Below, in pieces: positions 1 through 12,434 of a DNA stretch of 64,000 bases (position 1 is the stretch's first letter; each line of letters opens with the position of its first letter). The notes beneath the pieces are model-generated. The model saw only the letters and a program-made list of their open reading frames with translations. It did no database searches and was not told the origin of the DNA. A program made the translations under genes and the position numbers. Source of the stretch: Paraspadella gotoi (Eukaryota; Animalia; Chaetognatha); NCBI GenBank assembly GCA_051294375.1, contig CM119269.1, forward strand, positions 1,816,414-1,880,413, written 5' to 3'.

Positions 1-332
1 CCGCCCGCTCCGCCTCGCGCCGCCGCTGCGCCGCACCGCCGCTGCCGTGTTCACCGTTTGTCGCCGTCACTTCTCATCGGACGAGATGACGTTAATCCAG
101 AAACGATGACCCGACTCGACTTTGATGTGCCGCCATTTTCGCCACCGCCCGCGACGATGATTGGTCGAAAAATTCGCTAAAATCCTCCGCCGATTGGTTG
201 AAAAAATTCTCTCTTTTGCGTCTTCCTTCCGTTTTTACTTCGACTTGCGGTCCCCCCCTTTTTTTTTTCTAATTCCATTTTAATCCATTTTGCAGCCAAG
301 GATTTCTTCTCTCTCTCTCTCCTCTCTCTCTC

Positions 333-419
<87 letters not shown>

Positions 420-1193
420 CGGTATCTCCCACTGCCTAACGGAGATATATAATCACGAAAGTCAGGGGAAAAGTTTGGAGTGAACGGGGAAATTGAAGGC
501 GCGACGGTCGAAGAGTGAAGAGTATGAAGTGACTAGAGAGGTGTGGGTTAAGGCGGAGTGAAGAAGAGTTGTGAAAGCTCGTTTGTGATTGAGACGGAAA
601 TCTTCGCGGTCGGAACAACTAAAAGCGTGGGCGTCGCTGATTGGTGGGATGGCGGAATGCTTTGAGCTTTGGTTGACGCCAAACTAATTCTAAAAAAAAA
701 AAAAGGTTTTTAAATGGCGTTAGGGAAATTGAGTAAATTTCGACGACAAAATTATATAGTACTATAATAAAGATCGGCGAGGTGAGCGATTCCAGAAAGT
801 AATTCAAAAGTAGAAATGTCTAATCTAATCTTACTAAAACTTTTTAATAATAAGAGGATACTGGGATGACTCGAAAGGAATAAAAAAAAATAAAGAAGAA
901 TAAAATAGAAAAAAGAAAGAGAAGAAAAATAAAAACAATAGGATAGATTTAGACTCAAAAGAGAAGCGGGAGAAAGATTTATAAAGATAATACAGACAAT
1001 ATATAACTAATAAAATAAGCATTAGGAAAAGAAAGAAAGAAAAGAAGTCCATCCTTGGGCGAAGAGACAAAGAAAGGCCTGATGATCGTAGAGATTCCAC
1101 GCGGAAAGAAAAAAAGAGAAAGAGATCGAAGGGGAGGAGAGGCGGCGCCCGGCGCCCGGCGTCGACCCCCAAGCGATGGAAAGGCTCCGCCCA

Positions 1194-1298
1194 CCTCTTC
1201 TTCGGAGGTGTTGAAGGAGGCGGTCCGGGGATCACGAGAGGTCGAATACCCGATCCCCGGGGAACATGAGGAATTTCCGGTGCCTCGTCTGGCTCCAT
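1194..1298 (-). CDS. Possible short Pro-rich coding exon (MEPDEAPEIPHVPRGSGIRPLVIPGPPPSTPPKKR)
   Basis: GC-rich island in AT-rich DNA. ATG-started frame ending at a plausible donor AAGAG|GTGGGC. No family recognised, and the opposite strand is also open. Confidence 0.2.
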
Positions 1299-1825
1299 TC
1301 GAGGACCGGACCCCGTGGCTGGCTAATCTGTCTTTCTTTTCTCCTCATTCTTTCTTCTCTTTTTATTCTTACTTTTCCTTTTTTTTCCTATTTTTTCTTT
1401 ACATATTTTGGTCTTTCTTTCTTTCGTTTTCTTTCTTTTTCCCCCCTTTTTTTCTAATATTTATTTTTCTTTATTTCTTTTATTTCATTTTTTCGTTTTG
1501 TCTTTGTGTCTAACCTTATTTCCCTCCTTTTTTTTACCTTCTCATTTTTTTCTTATTTCCAACACTCTCTCTCTCCCCCCTCTCTCCCTCTCTCTCCCCC
1601 TACCGTTCCCTATTTAATCAGCTCCGGGTCTCACTCACGCGTCACATCTTTTCCGTCGCGCTCTTCAAATGGTCGTCATTCATCTCTCCTTGTCATGATT
1701 CGACGAACTCTTTCTTCTTCATTAAATCCATCCCTTCGTCCCTCAGTATTTTCGTCTCTCTGCTCCTTCTTTTGTTCCAATGTATATTGTAGTTTTATTG
1801 ACATCTTCTTTGTTTATTTCTCACA

Positions 1826-3069
1826 CACGGTAGGGCAGAGAGGATGTGAAAGATACAAAAAAAGTGCCATCTCTGAAACCTATAAAATCTTAAAGTATAC
1901 CCATGAGACACTTAATGTGGTAGGTCAATAAAATTCGATAAAGGCAGGTTTTTTTTTAAATGCTCATTAAAGTTTTTAAAAATTTTTTATAAAATTTTTT
2001 AAATAGTTTAGTGAAAATGCTTACAATTTTAATGTCTATACATCTATCATTATCTACAGAGCATAAGCTTTAATTTGAGACCTCTCCCAACTTTTTACAA
2101 TTTTTTGTTATTGAATTATAAGTAAAAATCATAATTTTAAAAAAAAAATTAATAATCAATCAGTTCTTTCAAACGAATTATTTCTTAAAAATAAAAGTAC
2201 AAATAGGCTCTCAAAATGCAGTTCTACTTATTAAGCCCTAAAAACAAATTTTTTAAAAAATTTATATAAATTTATTATAAAAAATAAATAATACAGATAA
2301 TTAATTTTATTTTTTTAAGAAAAATATATGATATTTAATTAAAACCTAATCTCAAATAAAATAACAGATAAATATTAGTTGAGCACTTTAATTCAAAATC
2401 ATATCCAGTATTAAAAAGTAATTATATAATTTATTACTTATCAAAAAAAATTTTATTCATAAAATTATATTATAATAATAACTCACTCAATATTTGATAT
2501 ATATTATTAATAGATAAATGTATAAAAATATTAACAAACATAATGCTTTAACTTTTAATACTTAATTAGAGTATATATTAATATTTTTCAAAATATTTTT
2601 TTCATTTTTAAAATTTTTTATATTAAAATTATTATTAATTAAAAAAAACTTATTTTGAAGCCTAATAAGTAGAACTGTATTTTAAGAACATATTTGTATT
2701 TTTATTTTTAAGAAATAATCTGTTCAATAGTACTAATTGATTAATCTTTTTAAAAAAAAAATATTTAATTTTTACTTATTTTTCAATAGCAAAAGTAATA
2801 GAAAGTTGGGAGTGGTTTCAAATTAAAGCTTATGCTTTGTAGATAATGATAGACATATAGACATTTAAATTGTAAGCATATTCACTAAACTACTTAAAAA
2901 TTTTTATAAAAAAATTTAAAAAACTTTAATGAGCATTTAAAAAAAACCTGCCTTTATCGAATTTTACTGACCTACCACATTAAGTGTCTCATGGGTATAC
3001 TTTAAAAATTTATAGGTTTCAAAGATGGCACTTTTTTTGTTTCTTTCACATCCTCTCTGCCCTACCGTG
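1826..3069. mobile_element. Non-autonomous foldback DNA transposon, Chapaev/CMC-like
   Basis: Termini CACGGTAGGGCAGAGAGGATGTGAAAGA...TCTTTCACATCCTCTCTGCCCTACCGTG. The inverted arms run for hundreds of bp around an AT-rich centre. Flanked by direct repeat CACA (1822-1825 and 3070-3073). CAC...GTG ends with a 4-bp TSD are described for Chapaev elements. No ORF. Confidence 0.8.
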
Positions 3070-3083
3070 CACATCTATTCGGC

Positions 3084-3182
3084 CATCCGTCAATCCAATC
3101 AATCAATCGATCTATAAATCAAATCAATCAATCAATCCTTTAATATATGCAGCCATGTCTTATTAAATCCATCAAAAGATCC

Positions 3183-3214
<32 letters not shown>

Positions 3215-3357
3215 CATCCATCCATTCATCTATCCATCCATCCATACATCCATCCATCCATTCATCAATCCCTCCCTCCATCCATCCATCCATCTATCCA
3301 TCTATCCATACATCCATCCATTCATTCATCCATCTATCCATCCATCCATCCAATCCA
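3084..3357. repeat. Compound (TCAA)n/(TCCA)n microsatellite
   Basis: Directly visible tetranucleotide runs. Confidence 0.9.
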
Positions 3358-3454
3358 TTGTTTCACCTTTCATCTTTGTCTTCCGGTGGATCGTTTTATT
3401 GGAAAAACTCAAACATCGAGTGAAAAAAAAAAGAAGTGAAAAAGGAGAGATGGG

Positions 3455-3506
<52 letters not shown>

Positions 3507-3769
3507 GCTTTTCTGTCGCCCTTTGTGGTCTCCTGATTCAACTTTCGCGCTCCTCCTCTCTCTCTCTCTTTGCAATAATTTGTAGTGACTTAAAGTCGGT
3601 CAGTCCTCTTTTTCATTTTAATATTTGTTTTTAAAACTTTTGCAAATCTATCTCGCTATCTGTCTCCTAATGAATAAAATGTTTTTAATTAATTTTACGT
3701 GAAAATTTTTGCTGTTATCATCGTTCGCAATGTTTTGATACATTTTGAAACACAATATTTTCACCGCCA

Positions 3770-3930
3770 AGAATAAAGAAAAGCCGACGTCTTTCCTCTT
3801 CTCACTTCTCTACTTCTCTTTTTAGAATAAAGAAAAGCCGACGTCTTTCCTCTTCTCACTTTTCTACTTCTCTTTTTAGAATAAAGAAAAGCCGACGTCT
3901 TTCCTCTTCTCACTTCTCTACTTCTCTTTT
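3770..3930. repeat. 54-bp minisatellite, 3 copies
   Basis: GAATAAAGAAAAGCCGACGTCTTTCCTCTTCTCAC... recurs at 3771, 3825 and 3879. Confidence 0.9.
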
Positions 3931-4314
3931 TTCGGTCTCCCGGTGATCTTCGCCATAAATATCTTTTCAATTTCCTTTCTTCGCTAAACTACTTTTCTTT
4001 CAGACTTCTCCCCTCGTTTCCCTTTCGTCTCTTCTCTCTTCTCTAATCGACTTTCCTCCATATTTTTTAACAGTATTTTTAATTACCTTTCTCGTTATCG
4101 TTCACCTTCTTTGACTTATATCTTAATCTTATCTTTTTCTCATTAATTTTATTTTCTACTCGAATCTCTTTAACTGCTAGAATCACTTTTACCGCTAAAA
4201 TCACTTTTACCACTAGAATCACTTTCACCGCTCTCACAATCCACTTTTTACTTATCTTACTATTGTCAGTTTTTTAACTCTTCCTGACTTCAGGTCCATT
4301 TCTTTCTCCCTATC

Positions 4315-4685
4315 CTCTCACTCAGATACTCAGTCCTTCTCTCTCCCTCTCACTCAGATACTCAGTCCCTCTCTCTCCCTCTCACTCAGAATACTCAGTC
4401 CGCCTCTCTCTCCCTCTCACTCAGATACTCAGTCCCTCTCTCTCCCTCTCACTCAGATACTCAGTCCCTCTCTCTCCCTCTCACTCAGATACTCAGTCCC
4501 TCTCTCTCCCTCTCACTCAGATACTCAGTCCCTCTCTCTCCCTCTCACTCAGATACTCAGTCCCCGTCTCTCCTCACCTCTCACTCAGATACTCCAGTCC
4601 CTCTCTCTCCCTCTCACTTCAGATACTCAGTCGCCTCTGCTCTCCTCGTCACTTCAGATACTCAGTTCCTCTCTCCTCCCCTCAC
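4315..4685. repeat. 32-bp minisatellite, about 11-12 copies
   Basis: Unit CTCTCACTCAGATACTCAGTCCCTCTCTCTCC; the later copies are degenerate. Confidence 0.9.
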
Positions 4686-5682
4686 TCTCGCTGGGCGTGT
4701 TTGTCTCCGCCGTCGTCAGAGAGATTTTCCTTTCGTGAAAAGGAAAAAAAACCCAAAAATCAGTGAACCAAGTTTTTCCTCCTTTAAAAACTTCGCGTCA
4801 GCATTTTTTGAGTTGAGTCGCAAAAGTAAAGGAGGATCTGCTATCTTTTTTAAAAAAAATGTCTTTTTTATTTCTAATCGGCCTTTTTTTTTAAATTGAA
4901 ATTAAGAGAAGCAAATAAAAGTCAGATGCGAATATATGCTATGTTATTATCTTGTAAGCCTTAAACCACCAAAGCCTGTCCAAAGTGAGGGACAAGATAG
5001 CTTATTTATTAAATGAATGGATAATTTTTATATTGGTTGTAAGTTGTAACAATTTCATATATGTACATATTTTTTTTTAAAAAATGGTAAACTATGTTAT
5101 TATTCATGACTTATTAACGAATCATGGTAATAAGATTTTTCACGGCAAGGTTTTTTTTTTCTTAAGAATTTTTTTTTCTGAAATAAAAGAGACAATTTGA
5201 CAGTTAAGACGAGATATATATATATTTTCCGAATCTGACAATCGCTTTGTTCAAGTGAAGCGCAAAACCATTCGGTGGAACGACAACTTGGTATATTAAG
5301 TCAGTCGGTCAGTCGATCAACCAACAAATAAAAATCCATCGATCCTAAAAGTCAACCGTTTCAAAAACTGACTTAGATTTAAAGACTCTCGGTCTCAGCG
5401 ACAGACGCCCCATATTTCATCGCAGCGTCAAAAAATCTGTTCCTGAGAGGAGAGAGAGAAAAAAAAAACCGGGAGTTTATTTTGGGGGAGACTTTATTCC
5501 CTTTATAAAGTAAACACCGAGAGGCAGTTGGACTCGGTTGGCGACCGAAAAGGAAAAAAAAACCACTTTTCTTCGCTCGGGTTTTGTGTGTGTGTTTGCG
5601 GTTGCGAATTGTGTGTGGTTGCGCGGAATGTTTGCTAAGTGCGCAGCTTCGTTTTCGTTTTTTTGGTGGGAAAACTAGAGAA

Positions 5683-5790
5683 TTTTTTTAGTTGCGACGC
5701 GGGTACTCGTGGAGCAACTCTATTAATAACTTTTCGGTCGGTCGGTCAGTCGGTCTGTCTGTCCGTCGGTCTGTCCCCTTACTTAAAAAT
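5683..5790 (-). mobile_element. HINE/Helentron-like non-autonomous repeat fragment
   Basis: (GGTC/GTCT)n microsatellite next to TTTTTAGTTGCG...GCAACTCTA. This is an inverted counterpart of 6870-6961. Confidence 0.45.
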
Positions 5791-6869
5791 GTTCATAATT
5801 TGAATATAGTCCGTTGTTTGGTGCTTATTTGTTAAGAAGGGAAAATCCTCAAATTTAAGTGACTACTTGCGCCGCCTTTAGGAAATCCTAAAACTATAAA
5901 AAACAAAAGACAGAATTTCGATGCATTTCATGTCATGTCACGAAAAACATACGTGATAAGGCAGTCATAGCGGCGCAAAACATTTGAATTAACGTTTTTG
6001 CTTTTTTTTTTCGGCCAAGATAATTTTTTTTTTTAAATTATCTTCTTTTTTCCTTTTCTTTTTTTATCCCTTCACTTTCCTGCTTTCTCATTTCTCTTGT
6101 TTTTCCACTCTTTCTCTCAATTTGCTAACTGTTTTTTTTATTCCCATCTCGACTCGCCATTTTTTTTTCTTTGATGCACCCGCTCTCAATTTCCCCCTAT
6201 TTTTTTTGTTTCCACTCTCTAGTATAGTATCAATCTTTTCCGCGACGGAGAACAAAATAAAAAGAAAAGAAAAGAAAAAAGAGAAAGAAACGCAAATGTT
6301 TTCTGGTTTTTCCACAGGAGAAGAAGAAAAGGGGAGAAGGGAGGAAAGGGGAGAAGGGAGGAAAGGGGAGAAGGGAGGAAAACAGCTAAGGGAAGGCTGA
6401 GGAAAGGTTAAGCGACGGAGGCGCGGGTTTCCTTTTTTTTACTGGCTCCTTTCATTTCCTTTCTTCCTTTTCTTTCCTCCTTTTCTTCAATTTGATTTCC
6501 TTTCCCTTTAACCTTTAAATTTCCTCGTCGACTCTGTTTGCATTTTCGGACTGCAAAACATAGAAGAAATCACTGAGCTAAAAAGCGAATAAAAAAAAAA
6601 AAAAAAAAAAACACGAAGGGAGATTCCAATATGTGTTCCGCTGCAGTGACTTTGTCTCGTGTATTGACGTGTTTTTCTTCGAACGCGAGCACTGCATCGG
6701 AATACATCTTTTATTCTTTCATACGCAATTCTTTAAAGAACCAAGAAGGTTGGCTGCTGCTGGCAGCTGCTTAGCATTTGAGGTTCTTTTTGTATTAGAA
6801 AAAATAACAAAATAGCTGTCAAATATTAGCGGCATTGAAAGTTATGACTTATGAGGATATTTAATGTAA

Positions 6870-6961
6870 GTCGGAAAGACCGACGGGCAGACATACAGAC
6901 CGACCGACCGACCGATCGGCCGAAAAAGGACTTATAGAGTTACTCTCGGCGCAACTAAAAA
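6870..6961 (+). mobile_element. HINE/Helentron-like non-autonomous repeat fragment
   Basis: (GACC)n microsatellite followed by TTATAGAGTT...GCAACTAAAAA, a short terminal stem-loop plus A run. Confidence 0.45.
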
Positions 6962-7420
6962 CCTGCATAAAGAATACGTTTTCAGCATGAGCTAATTAGC
7001 TATGGATTGATTATCACTGAAAATAGAAAGATGAAAGTATTATTTTAATTGTATTTAAAACTATATTAAATTCAATTTATTCTTTTTCATTTTTTAGGCG
7101 TTTCCTTCGTCCTATACGTTTAAAGCAACAAAAACTAAAGGTAATTGATCTACATGTTTTTTTTGTTTTTTTTTTGTTAACACGGTAAACAAATAAAGAC
7201 AACAAAATCCACTAACATCAAAACATGCAACACTACTAAAATGTTAAAAACTACTTTTTTTATAGAGAAGTGAGAATAATAAATATAATATACAGGGTAA
7301 GGTACCTGGTTACAACAGATATACAAACAAAAAGAAAACTAAAAATAGCCACATTGCACAAGCTTTGAAAGAGAAAGAAAGAAAGAAAGAAAGAAAAAAA
7401 GAAATGAAAGAAAGAAAGAA

Positions 7421-7452
<32 letters not shown>

Positions 7453-8258
7453 AAAATGTAAAAAGCAACGTAAAGAAAAACACAAACGGTATTAAAAAAA
7501 AGTAACAGAATTGGACTCAAAAGGAAAAGAAAACAGAAGAAAAAGTTAAGGAAAATAAAAGTTTTGTTTTCGGTAATAAAACTTGTTTATTCCCAGGCGT
7601 CGCCATTGTCGTCCACGTGTGCCTCGGTCAGTTTTGTTTGAGAAAAGGTGAAGGGAGAGAAAGTCTTGAATAGTGAGGCCTCACAAGGTCTGACGTGGTC
7701 TCACGGGGTCCCTCGTGAAAGAAAAAATAGTTTCACGATGGGGGATGTGAGGCTTGGCGGACGTGATGTTTGAGAGGAGGGGACATAGGGAATAAAGATG
7801 GATAGATATTAGAGAGAATAGAAATCATGAAAATATGTTTAAATACCATTTCGTAAAATCAGTAAATAAAAGACAATAAAATAAACCTAAAAGACAAAAA
7901 TAGCAAAAAAGCTATGGCAATGGTAATTTATGCAAACACTCGTGTGCAAAAAAAAACAAGAAAAAAAAAAGCCACTTTATAACTTTAAATTCCAGATGAT
8001 TCATAAAAACATTTAGAAAAATCATATAAAAATATATTTAAAAAAAAGAAATCAATATATATATAAATTTTATCACAGTGGTTTAAGAGATTTTTAAACT
8101 TTAGAATCATTTACTTATATCATTTAGCTTATTTTCTAATAAACTTGAATTTATTACTTATATTTAGAGACCTATCCCCTAAACAAATATGCCGATTTGT
8201 ATAAAATTTATGGGAAACTCTATCTTTTAATAATCTTTTTTTATTTTTAGATATTTAC

Positions 8259-8849
8259 TAAACAAGTTTAAGCAAACAATGACGGATCTGCCCATGATCA
8301 TTAGCAGTAAGCAGATGACCAGATAATTAAGTAATTAATTAATTAATTATTCTTTTATTTTTTTCTTTTTATTAATATATTTATGTATGTAAATGCTCAC
8401 GATTATTAGTGGTATGCAGACCATAAGATAATTAATTAATTTTATAAATAATTAATAAATTAATTAATTTATGCAACTTGGTATTTACACTAATAATAAA
8501 AGGAAAAAAGCATAATAAAATGGTAAAACAGGTTTTTTTATTTTTCCCATTTTTCTACTCAGATGATTCCATCGAAACATGATTTCCAGCTCAATGACAC
8601 ACCTTTTAACCCACACACAATATTTCGTTCGTCCAATACACTCATGAGTAATTGGCGATAAAAGCTAAGGTGAGATGGACAGACAGACGGACAGACGGAC
8701 GGACATCGGTTTTTTTTCATAAATTATGATAATTCGATGTTCTGACATGATTTAAGATTTTGAGGTAGGACCGACGGACCGACCGACCGACAAAGTAAAT
8801 TATAGAGCCGGGATCTGCTGTCAGCAGATCGGGCTAAAAAAAAAAAAAA
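8259..8849 (+). mobile_element. HINE/Helentron-like (DINE-1-type architecture) non-autonomous element
   Basis: Starts AAACAAGTTTAAGCAAACAATGACGGATCTGCCCA, shared with 52912. Internal (GACG/GACC)n microsatellites. Ends in palindrome GCC..GATCTGCTG-T-CAGCAGATC..GGCT plus an A tract. Confidence 0.6.
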
Positions 8850-9438
8850 GTACATAATTCGTTTTTAAATGGTGCATTTTTTTTTTTGCACATGACTGTA
8901 GAGTGTAGATAACATAGCAGAACCTGCGACAAATCTATCCATTTCAATCCAATTCTATCATATTCTATCCAAACTCTTAATCCATCACAAAATATAATCT
9001 AAAAGAGAGAAAAGGGTTAGTTAATATATAAAAATTAAGTAAAATTGTAGAAAAGAAGTCAAATATTAATCAAAATGAAAATCAAAAGTATTTCATAAAT
9101 TATGTAGTACAAGTGATATATTTTACAGTTCAGTTCACACATACAAAATTTATACTGTTATAACACACAAGTATATGCCAATGCCTACAAAATAAACTAC
9201 CATCAAAATGTTTGTAATATCAATTATTTTGAACAATAATTTTCTATTTTCAAGTATAGGAAAAAAAGGTTTTTGAAATTTGAACGAGTTTATTGACAAA
9301 TTAATAGTTTCAAGTAATAACATGATGAATGACTTTTAGTAAAATTGGGAATTGCATTCTTTTAGTTATAGAACATAGTGGTTAATAAAAAGCAGTTCGT
9401 TTTTTCTAGTTTTACTATAGCTCTTGGGTCTTTAACTA

Positions 9439-11745
9439 TTAAGCGTGCAAAAGTATCAACAAAGCCGGTAAAATGAAAAATATCAAAGCGGATTCATTAG
9501 CAAAATCGGTGACTTCTCTATCGGCCCACTCGGTAAAGTTGGAAAGAATTTCGTTATAAAACCACGACACGTAACGACGATAATTTGGACACGATTTAGA
9601 AGGAGAGTCTCCGAGATAAGATTGAAATAATGAGCAACACATTAAAGCTTTCTCAAAATTTTCAAGGTGAACGCGAAAACGTTCCTTCTGAATCGACCAA
9701 ACATTCCAATTCTGGCGAATCTTTGTTACGGATTTAATTTCGCGACCGCATCCATCGAGCATAAAGTAAAGCGTCGCGTAAAATGAAGAAAAAATCGTAA
9801 TTAAAATGATTTTTTTGAAAAACTCGCATTTTTCGTCTTTGACTTTAACTGCGAAAAGAGAATTGAAAAAGGGAAAAAACGTGAGACAAACTAAGAAAAA
9901 AAAATTTTCACTGAAAATGTGATAAAGAAACATTTGCTTTTCGAGGTCGACGATAGAAATCCACGGAACTTTTACGGGTCGAAAATTGATACAATCTCGA
10001 ATGGATGTCAAAGCGTCCGAATATTTTTTATCGTCGAAAAGTCGAACTTTAAAAAAGATTAAGTAATTAACGAAGCAAGAAAAAAGCAAAGATGAAAGAA
10101 TGTGGGCACCATGAAGTATTTTGCTGTCCGCTCTTGAAACAAATTTTTTCGCGATCAGTAGAATACATGAAAATATGACTAAGGGACAAAAATTAGCGAT
10201 GAGGACATCATCCCAAAAAGATTTTTCTTGTTTTATCGATATTTGTAGTTGCGCTGATTTGCTTTTTTCGTAAAGGACCAAACCTTCCCAAAATATAAAA
10301 AAACAAGCCGACTCGATGACTAAAATTAGGCCGAAAAATTTTTTGTAGGATCTCAGCAGGAGAATTGAATCCAATATTAGAATGATCGGTTCTAACAAAA
10401 AAAACATGTATATAAATTTTTCTTCTGAAAAAAATAACGCTGCGTTCCCAAGAAACATCATCATAAACGTTTTAGTTGTGAAAATTGGTCGGGATCTTGG
10501 AACAAACAAAGCTTCAAAATGATTTGATAAAGCATTTTCCCACTTTGCTGGATTTTCGTTTTTTTTAACGACCACCCGAAATATTTTCGTCTCATTTCCC
10601 AATTTAAAATTCTCAATGTCCAGCTTTATGAACGAACGATAGGCGTTGTTCCAATTAGCAAAAACCCACTGCATCGGGCTCAGCGCGACTGATTCCATAT
10701 TTCCTTTGTGCAGTTTGAAATTAAACCCGAGAGAAATAATGGCCAGAGTGAAACAGATTTGGGTAAGTCTCTGAACTGAGTCGTTACCGATGTTTAGACA
10801 TGAGCGGTTGTCAAAGAAATTCCAATTCCGCTTGATTGACTTGAAAAAATATACGAGTTCGGACAAAGTGAAGACTCGTGCTACTAAAAAAGGCGCGAGA
10901 ACGAGAAAGAAAAACGAGTATTCCACGCTTTGGAAAAAGATGAGAAAGACGCCCAGCCCGAGACCGAGAGAGGTTTGCGCGCATCCCACGACGCAGCTCG
11001 CTTTCTTCACCAAATCGTTCCCTTCAAAATTTATCTTAGAGTTTCGAAGGTTGAACACGACGCCGATCAAAGTCGTGGAGGACAAAGCGATCGAGAGGAG
11101 GCTGTTGTAATTCAGCATTCTCCAACTGCAAAGCAGCGCATTTTCTCCCCCTTCCGCTTTACACCAACAAATCACGTCGGTTTGAGTGAGGCTTTTGTTG
11201 CTTTCGTGATAGTGATACATCGTTCCGTTCAATTTTCTTGTGAATAAGTCGCGTTCGAGGTAAGCATTCAAATCTGGCAAGCATTGGTCGTCGTTCGGAA
11301 AGACCAATGAGAAAATAGTCGATGCCGTTTGAAGCAACAATTGCAAAAACGACTCGAGGAAAGCTTGAATTATGTTCAAATTGAACAAATGATTTTCTTT
11401 GAATTCAAAAACGAGCGGATCAACGATCTCACTCATCAAATAAAAATCGAGTGATAGAGGAATGGTCGACAAACCAAAAGCGTGAAGAAGCACGGTGAAC
11501 GTTTTTCGCCACGACGTTCCCCAGATGCGGGCAAAATGGTCCCTATGCTTGACAATTACGCCCAGACCGTATGTCATCGAGACGACGCTATGAGCCAGGA
11601 ACACGGCCAAAAGTAAACGGCCCAATAGTCTGGTCATGTGATGATTTGACGAAAGGTGATCGGCGACTGCCTTGGCGTCCGTGGCCAAATCGGCCGTCGC
11701 AAGAATAGTCAGGATTAAAAGTTCCATCTTCTTGCAGGTCTCCAT
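9439..11745 (-). CDS. Intronless XK-related (XKR scramblase-like) multipass membrane protein, 768 aa
   Basis: Uninterrupted 2.3-kb ORF. XK-family-like segments: ADLATD near the N-terminus, LNIIQAFLESFLQLLLQ (compare the XKR FLESAPQLxLQ motif), SIALSSTTL and LILVIESACFFIFW. Many hydrophobic helices. Confidence 0.75.
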   Translation of the reverse strand: METCKKMELLILTILATADLATDAKAVADHLSSNHHMTRLLGRLLLAVFLAHSVVSMTYGLGVIVKHRDHFARIWGTSWRKTFTVLLHAFGLSTIPLSLDFYLMSEIVDPLVFEFKENHLFNLNIIQAFLESFLQLLLQTASTIFSLVFPNDDQCLPDLNAYLERDLFTRKLNGTMYHYHESNKSLTQTDVICWCKAEGGENALLCSWRMLNYNSLLSIALSSTTLIGVVFNLRNSKINFEGNDLVKKASCVVGCAQTSLGLGLGVFLIFFQSVEYSFFFLVLAPFLVARVFTLSELVYFFKSIKRNWNFFDNRSCLNIGNDSVQRLTQICFTLAIISLGFNFKLHKGNMESVALSPMQWVFANWNNAYRSFIKLDIENFKLGNETKIFRVVVKKNENPAKWENALSNHFEALFVPRSRPIFTTKTFMMMFLGNAALFFSEEKFIYMFFLLEPIILILDSILLLRSYKKFFGLILVIESACFFIFWEGLVLYEKSKSAQLQISIKQEKSFWDDVLIANFCPLVIFSCILLIAKKFVSRADSKILHGAHILSSLLFSCFVNYLIFFKVRLFDDKKYSDALTSIRDCINFRPVKVPWISIVDLEKQMFLYHIFSENFFFLVCLTFFPFFNSLFAVKVKDEKCEFFKKIILITIFSSFYATLYFMLDGCGREIKSVTKIRQNWNVWSIQKERFRVHLENFEKALMCCSLFQSYLGDSPSKSCPNYRRYVSWFYNEILSNFTEWADREVTDFANESALIFFILPALLILLHA

Positions 11746-12434
11746 TTGTTTTAAAAAAAGATTATATTCTTTACTTCATATATACCTTTAAATTTACTAG
11801 TTATTAAATAAAATATTTGTTAGTTTGATCTAATTTATTTATTCGTACAAAAACTTTTTTTATTTAATTTATTACATTATTGATCCGGACTTATCTTGAG
11901 ATTAGAATCCAATAAAAAAAATTTGGGTTTTGTTTTGTTTTGGCTAATTTGGGTTTTGTTTTGTTTTGGCTAATTTTCTCGCCTTCGTCAACACAAAATG
12001 AGTCGTGAAAAAATTTAACAGATTTGGTATTGAGAGAAAAACATGTATTCACAACTTATTTTGCGCTGAGGAAGGCTAATAAATTGTACAATTTTTTTTT
12101 TGAAAATAAAAATTAATTCGTTCTCTGAAAAAAAAAAACAAAACAAAACAATTTTTTTTATATTTGAATATATTGAAACAAAGTCGTTTGAAACTACGGA
12201 ATCTTGGGTATAATTGATAATTTGATAAGTTTTAAAGACTTGCTATGTTTCGGTTAGATCTTTGCTCCACTGTGCGTATTTATTTGGTGTGTCAGATGAA
12301 AAACGTCATTATATTTGTATCATCCGACTGATTGTTTTCGTTTATTAGCTTTGTAATAACGACGATTATCGATTTTTTTTCTTCCCTTTATTATTAATAT
12401 TCCATCATATCTAAAACGAAAAAAAAATAAAAAA

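Noticed and set aside
1079-1110. CTGATGA...GAAA hammerhead-like core
   Set aside because: No convincing helix II closing at GAAA and no helix III or cleavage triplet.
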